Below, piece by piece: positions 58,001 to 64,000 of a stretch of DNA of 64,000 bases; the first letter of the stretch is position 1; each line of letters opens with the position of its first letter. Origin of the DNA: Vitrella brassicaformis CCMP3155. Taxonomy: Eukaryota; Protista; Chromerida. Location of the stretch: contig CDMY01000275.1 in assembly GCA_001179505.1 (NCBI GenBank), positions 62,001-126,000 on the forward strand, in the 5' to 3' direction. The notes beneath the pieces are model-generated. The model ran no database searches. It was not told the origin of the DNA and was given only the letters and a program-made list of their open reading frames with translations. A program made the translations under genes and the position numbers.

Positions 58001-59490
58001 CGGCTGGCTGGCCAAATGCGGCCTGCCCAAGGGACATGTGTGGAGGGACTCCGCAAGTGCGTGAGCTGATTGACAGCATCAACACACACGACACAGCACA
58101 GCAGACAGACGCACAAGCGGACGGATCCATCGTGGCGGTGTTTTTGATGGTGCTGTGTGTCAGATCCCAGCGGCCGTGTGGACGTGGAGGGACTGTTGAA
58201 CATAATGGTGGGTAGTTCGTTCAACAGGAGAGGCAACCAAGAGCAGAGCAACCCCTCATCCGTCAGTCACCTACTAATCTGCCTGTCTGCCTGTCTGTCT
58301 GCCTGTCTGTCTGTCTGTCTGTGTGTGTGTGTCTGCACATGACTCACTCAGCATGCGTTTTGGTTTGACGTCTTTGAGAACATCATCAGGAACCCACAAG
58401 TCATCCACCAGCTGCAGGTACGACACGCCACGCCACGCCCCATCGACAGACGGCTCAATTGATGGATGCGATGAATCCATCGATGGTTTTCCTTCCTGTC
58501 AGGGTGTGGCGATATACTGGGCTACACAGGATCTCTCCAAGTTCGACGACTCGTACGGTAAGCCCGCAAGACATGCACACACACACATATACAGCTCAAG
58601 TAAGTGCACTGGCCCATCCGTCCGGGCCCTGCCTGGCTGCGTGCCGTGCCGTGCAGTGTTCCTGGCCCTGGAGACCGCGGCAGAGCTGCTCAGGGTACGC
58701 ACGTTCGTTGGCCACGACACACCACAGTGTGGTGCGGTGCTATGTATGATCGATCTGATCGCATTCATTGCAAATGTGATGTGTGTTGGCTGGTCTGGTC
58801 TGCTGCCCTCCTGTCCTGTGTTGCCTCCCTGCCTGCCTGCCACTTTGCTTCCCTCAGGGCCTCAACCAGTACACGCACGCGTCATCCATCGACACGCTGT
58901 GCCACTCCCTGTTCGAGGCAGGGCCACCTGACTCGTTCGACAACGCATCCCCGTCCACACCCCACACCGCCACCGGCAACAACATCCCGCCCTCATCCCT
59001 CTCCTCCTCGCCCTCTTCATCCACCGTCGGCATCTCGGAGATGGACGCCTGTATCCCACAGGCGTCCTCCTCCTCGCCCCCCCACACACACTCCAGCCCC
59101 AATGTGGTGCCAAGACACGTCAAACGCTCCCCCAGTGGGAGTGGGGACGGCCCGATGCGGTCCGACGCGAGCGAGCCGGTGCTGCATCAGAGCAGCGGGA
59201 CTCAGAGGCGGAGGTGGCAATCGACTGAGGTGGATGAGCCGGCGTCGTCGGCATCCGTCGGGGAGGAGGTGGAGATAGCGAATGTGGAGGGGGACATTCC
59301 CGGCCAGGCCCATGAAGTCGATGGCAGGAGGTCACCGTACGCCTTCGCGACCTTCCCATACGAACCAGGTTGGTGGGAGGGTCCTGGCTGGCAAGGCCCG
59401 CATCGATGTTCGATCATTTGTGTGTGGTTTCTGTCCTTCTCGTTGTGTGGTTCATTCAGTGATGCGACGAACGGTGCCGACGAGCCATGA
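55026..59490 (+). CDS. Multidomain protein: two aegerolysin/Cry34(ET79)-like beta-sandwiches, a possible lectin-like domain, an inactive Swt1-like HEPN domain and an S/P-rich tail; many exons
   Basis: Phase-consistent splicing gives RVTLVVGNSTSVDFYRHLHTLHHATWTLIPAERI…SGKLQY…SFGVPVLG; RSIMIRIVNLTR…LEDGVWVEYPRDEICP…SRGFMQGTQGKVYY…FSWEQPYVG; and LSEGLQPVV…FGDGWL…DVEGLLNIM…WFDVF…AIYWATQD…ELLRGL. Confidence 0.75.
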
Positions 59491-60060
59491 GGAGGGGGAT
59501 CAGACGAGGCCACCAGGGAGGTAGCCAGGAGAGCGATGGGATGGGAAAGGGGCAAGGGCGGCGGGGGGAGGGGCAGGGAAGTCGTTTTGTTTTGATGGCG
59601 GGCGGTGTTTACTTGGATGTATGTTTTTTACTTGTGTGTTTTCTGGCCAGAGAATCCATCCCCTTTTTGCTCCGTCAGTGAGTGTGCGGTGGGCCCCGCT
59701 TCTTTGTGTGTGTGTGGCCTGGCAGGCAGGCAGGCGGCCATGCCTACACGCCTGCCTGCCTGCCGATCCACTCACTCACTCACTCACATGACTATCTATT
59801 TGTGTGACCGACTGACATTCATCTCATCCATCCTCTGTGTCTCTCTCTGTCCTTCGTCTCTGTCTGTATCACTCACTCGTGTGTGCACGTCTGTCTGTGT
59901 GTATTGTAATGACACTCGCCTCACCCACTATCTAACTTGTGCACACAAACACACGGCAGCAATGAACACACGGACACACATGTCTACACCACATTGCTCA
60001 ATGTCTCATTGTCTAGAAAAGGCCCATCCCTCCCTCCCTCCCTCCCTGTCTTGGCCTCTC

Positions 60061-63000
60061 TCACAATGAGAACCCCTGTGGCGGGATGGATGTGTCCAGG
60101 AAGCAGATCATCTCCGCCAACACGCTCTTGGGCACCAGCACCCTCAACCTCTTCCACACAGAATCATTAAACAGCTCAAACGACCTCTGCACCAGCTTCT
60201 CCAGCCCCTGCTGCATCCGAACCTGACACAAACCAGCAGAGAGAGACGTGACGTGCCATTCTCGATGCCCGCCCCGCACGATGGATGCGATCGATGCGAC
60301 AGATAGCCTGTTAGTTAGCTACCTGCAGCTGTGTTCTCAGTGTCTCCTTGAAGATGGTCACGAGCAGCTGGAGCAGCAGCTGTGAGAGGGCGGAGGTGCA
60401 CGTGAGCTGCACCTCCACACTGGGGCGGTCGATCGTCAGTGACCGCAGACGGAGACCCTGTTCAACAGAGAACGACACGAACGCTGTGGCGGACACGTCG
60501 CTCACCTACATCACATCCAGCCAGCCAATGGCACCACACCACACCACACCCTGTCTGTCTGTCTGTCTGTCTGTCGGCACACGTGCGGTGCGAGTGAGCT
60601 CCGTGCACACAACACACATACCTGCACGACTGACGCCCCCTGCTCCTGCAGCGGCAACTTGACGAAGGAGGCCACCCAGTTGTGCCGCAGACTGCCACCC
60701 ACCTTCACGCAGCTCACGCGGCAGTAACAGCTGCGGCTGCTGCTGGCCTTGTTCTCATCAGCCGGTGCTGCTGGTGGACCGTCCGATGCAGTCTGCCCCT
60801 CTCGACTCGCTGGCCCATCGCGGGGCCCACTTGAAGGTAGGGAAGGCTCCTCGCTGGGCTGGGTGCGTGTTTCCGGTCTGTTTGGCTGCGGCTGACGTGC
60901 GGCGAGCGCTGATGCAGCTGCTGGTGGGTGCTCGTACCACGCCTTTCCCACCGACTGCACACGCACCTGGCAGTCTTTGGTGGTGAAACTCGTCACACGC
61001 AGGTCACTCAGACGATACCTGACAGATGAATGAATGACGCAACGCAACACGGAGAACCAATCATGCATGCCATGGACAAACAAGTATATATGAGCCCTTG
61101 AGTTTGCTGACTCAGGTACCTGAGCTGGTCGGTCTCGCCGTCTATGGGCGGCATCCGCATTTCCTCGAGCTTCCTTCGAGCGATCCGCAGGAGCGTCGAC
61201 TCATCCCCCTCACCATCTGCTGCATCCCCTTCGCCGACCGGCGCGCTGAGAGTGCGGCTGATGGCGCCACTCTCCTGCCGCCTCACGATCGGGCTGGCGA
61301 TGTAGCCGTTCATCCCCGGGCTCGCTGTGTCTGTGTGTGTGTGGCTGTCGCTCTCTGATTGAGGCGGCTTGGATGAGATCGACAGCGTGAGGGCCTCCAG
61401 GATCCTCCGGAGGCAGACGACGGCCAGCTGCGCCACATCACGCTTGGCCGCCACATCGTCCTTGACTGGCGACGACACCTGTCCGTCCGAGTCTGAAGAG
61501 ACGGACAGAGGCAAAGACGTCCATGTCGATGGATGGATGGATGGACCTAAGCGTTGCTTGAGCTGACTGACCCGACCCACCTGGCGCAAAGGGGTCGGGC
61601 GGCAGGGGGTGGAATGGTGGTCCATGGCTGCTCCACGCGTCCCTCACGTAGCACCGCAGCACGTCCCGCACACAGCGCAGGAAGCATATTGCCAGCGACG
61701 GACTCTCACACACGTAAGAGTGGGGGCCGTCGGTCTCGAACGCGAAGTCGACAGGGCCATTGGACGGGGAGGGTGTGTGCTGCAGCACCGGGGGGTGGCC
61801 GGCGAAGGCGAGAGTGGAGAATAGACGGAGATAGTCCGATAAGGAAATGAAGACAGGTCCGGCGGGGGGCGAAGCGCATGACGTCGGGGCGGACATGCTC
61901 GAGGTGAAAGCCGGCCCACGCAGTGAATGGTATATCTGAGGGAAGAAGACAGCACACACAAATGAGTCGAGTCAGTCTCTTGTGCCACTGACTATCCCGA
62001 GCCCGCCAGGCCAGGGTACTGTACCTGGAAGTGGGCGTAGCAGTGGCACATTGAAGCAAACGCAATTTGGAAGAACGGCGGCGCACTCCCACTCGACAGT
62101 AGCAGATGACTCCCGGGCGGCGGAGGGCCGCTCATCCCACGATCACTCGCACAGTCATCTTCGCGGAATATCGACGACACGAGATGGGCCAGCAGCCAAC
62201 ACACGTCATACCCGCACTCGCCCCACGCCTCCGCGAGCGCATGAGTGACCAGCACCTCAGTGGACGCGCTGCAATCCGCATCCTGCTGCCGAAGGTTGAG
62301 CAGTGCAATGAAGCGGCACGCAAAGGCCATGAATGCGTTGCTGAAGACGAAGGCCAGGCCGAGCTGAACGACGGGTGAGGGGTCATTGCTCATGGCCATT
62401 CCCTCCTCCCGCGGCACCACGGTATCCCGATCTCGATCAGCGTCACGCGCCAACTCGGCAAAGAACGACTGAAACAGCACTCGAGCCTGGAGCAACACAC
62501 CACAAGATATATGCACAAAGCGGCCGTCCGTAAGGCACACGCAGGCAGTGTGCTGGTTGGGCTGGTCGACCAGGTAGAGAGCTTCCGCAGCCATGACGAC
62601 CGAGACTTCTGGCGGGTCGGGAAGCGAGGGGCAGGGCGAAGTCGCATCCACAGGTGTCCACAGAGTTTGGACGAGCAGCCGCTGCAGCAGGGGCAGGGGG
62701 GCTGGGGGATTGACCAGCGCCACACCGAGAGGCGTCCGGATGTAGTCAACCGCCGAACGGAAGAATGACAACAGCAGCTGACAAGAGGACAGCCAGACGA
62801 CAGAGAAGTGTCGACCACCAAAATCTATCCTTCATGCCGACCTTTCTGTCACCGTCTTGTTGCCTGCCTACCTTCCATTCGGCGTGCGAGAGGGCTGCGA
62901 GCGGTGGGAGGGCTCGCCTACCGACTGGCCATGCCAGTGCACCATACACATGGCCAGTCAGCCACTTCCAGAACCTGCCCCGCTCAGGCTCCCTGCCCGC

Positions 63001-63630
63001 TGCAACAGGACTCTCAGCCGACGCCCACAGGCCACTCGATGACCTGAGCGGAGCATCATCCGGCGGCGGCCGAGTCAAAGATTGGGGCGGAGGGGCATCC
63101 GAGTGCCGACTCATCGGCAGCCGCCGGCGCCGCCTTCCAGCAGATGAGCCGTTTGTCGTTTGTCTGTGTGTGTGTCTGTTTCGTTTCCGTCGCTGGGCCG
63201 ATGACGGGAGAATGGGCGTGAGGCTGTCCCATAGCTTGTCGATCGACACATCGGGCTGCACCAAAGGCGGACGAGAGGGATGCCTGAAAAAAGGCCCACA
63301 ACACAACACACGGTTCACTCACGTCTGTCCTGTCTGCCTCATTGCCTGTGCTCATTCAGCTCACCGGGTGGTGATATTTCCGTCACACAGCGGCCCATAT
63401 ATATTCAGCGTGGGCAGCTGCTGCTCCATGCTGACATCCAATCGCACCACACACGGCCCTCCATCCTTGGCGCTGTTCTGCACTGCAGTTGGCAGCCAGG
63501 CCGGCCCATCGATGGCCTCCTGGGGCGACGAGATCTGTATCTGCGTCAGCAGATGCGGCAGACGTCGGACGGCGCTCTTGGGTGGGGAAGAGGTGGAGCT
63601 CGTCGACGGAGATAAAATCTGCTCCGTCAT
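60061..63630 (-). CDS. Large hypothetical protein, possibly with a C-terminal TULIP/BPI-like lipid-binding domain
   Basis: A chain of minus-strand coding exons with GT-AG borders. The C-terminus has alternating beta strands (LSDLRVTSF…DVSATAFVSF…LTIDRPSVEVQL) followed by a long amphipathic helix (LSQLLLQLLVTIFKETLRTQLQ). Confidence 0.55.
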
Positions 63631-64000
63631 GACGTGCTGCGGCCTTCTAAACAGCCTCCGCTCTCATTTTGTTCGGTTCTCCAAAGAGGGCATTTCTTTT
63701 GCGAGCTAAGCTCGCGATCCTCGAAACAAAACGCAGCATGGCTTGGTAAGTAAGCAAGACACGACACGCTTGGCACACGCAGACAGGTGACTATCAGCCA
63801 GAGATCAGTTTGAAAGACAGGCTGCTTCGAGGGGATCTGCCAGTGTGTGTGGTTTCAACGCGGTGGGTGTTGTGTTGTGGTGTGGTGTGGTGTGATGTTG
63901 CAGGTGACTGTCGTGCCTTCTGTCGGCACCTGACTGTGTACGTCCGTCCGTTTGAATCGCCTTGGAGCGAGCTGCCTCCCTCCCTCAGCGTCTGTCTGCC

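Noticed and set aside
1-64000. CRISPR arrays, rRNA, tRNA, transposase/RT genes, prokaryotic operons
   Set aside because: No regularly spaced repeat-spacer array, structured RNA gene or mobile-element ORF was visible. The repeats are microsatellites or gene duplications, and the genes have spliceosomal introns.
63738-64000. Possible first exon ATGGCTTG|gtaagt of a plus-strand gene at the window edge, and a possible gene end at 1-180
   Set aside because: Too little sequence to support a product or a model.

Overview
Eukaryotic genomic DNA: GC-rich, gene-dense and intron-rich, with short GT-AG introns full of GT/CA, GACA and GAGT microsatellites and two 300-N scaffold gaps. The intron style, signal+transit presequences and cyanobacterial-type genes suggest a photosynthetic alveolate with a red-derived complex plastid, probably the chromerid Vitrella brassicaformis (inference, no search run). 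I hand-spliced about 25 genes. They include a HAD hydrolase, a GH35 beta-galactosidase-like protein, a DEDDy exonuclease, an FHA protein, APC and MFS transporters, a cytosolic carboxypeptidase, a LOTUS protein, a DNL zinc finger, an RqcH/NFACT protein and two local duplications. Best candidate for new biology (53443-54803, minus): a nuclear, five-exon gene with a plastid-type presequence encoding an allophycocyanin-alpha-like (ApcA/ApcD-like) protein without the bilin-binding Cys, in a lineage not known to have phycobilisomes. Divergent from it (55026-59490) is a fusion of two aegerolysin/Cry34-like domains with a catalytically dead Swt1-like HEPN domain. Other leads: a plastid-type RqcH with altered tRNA-reading motifs, a GH35 lacking its acid/base Glu, a KimA-like permease, a signal-peptide PD-(D/E)XK-fold family and an F-box/multi-TM protein. 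No CRISPR, rRNA, tRNA or recognisable transposon was seen. All family assignments come from visual matching to recalled consensus sequences. Gene models are hand-made and several start codons are uncertain.
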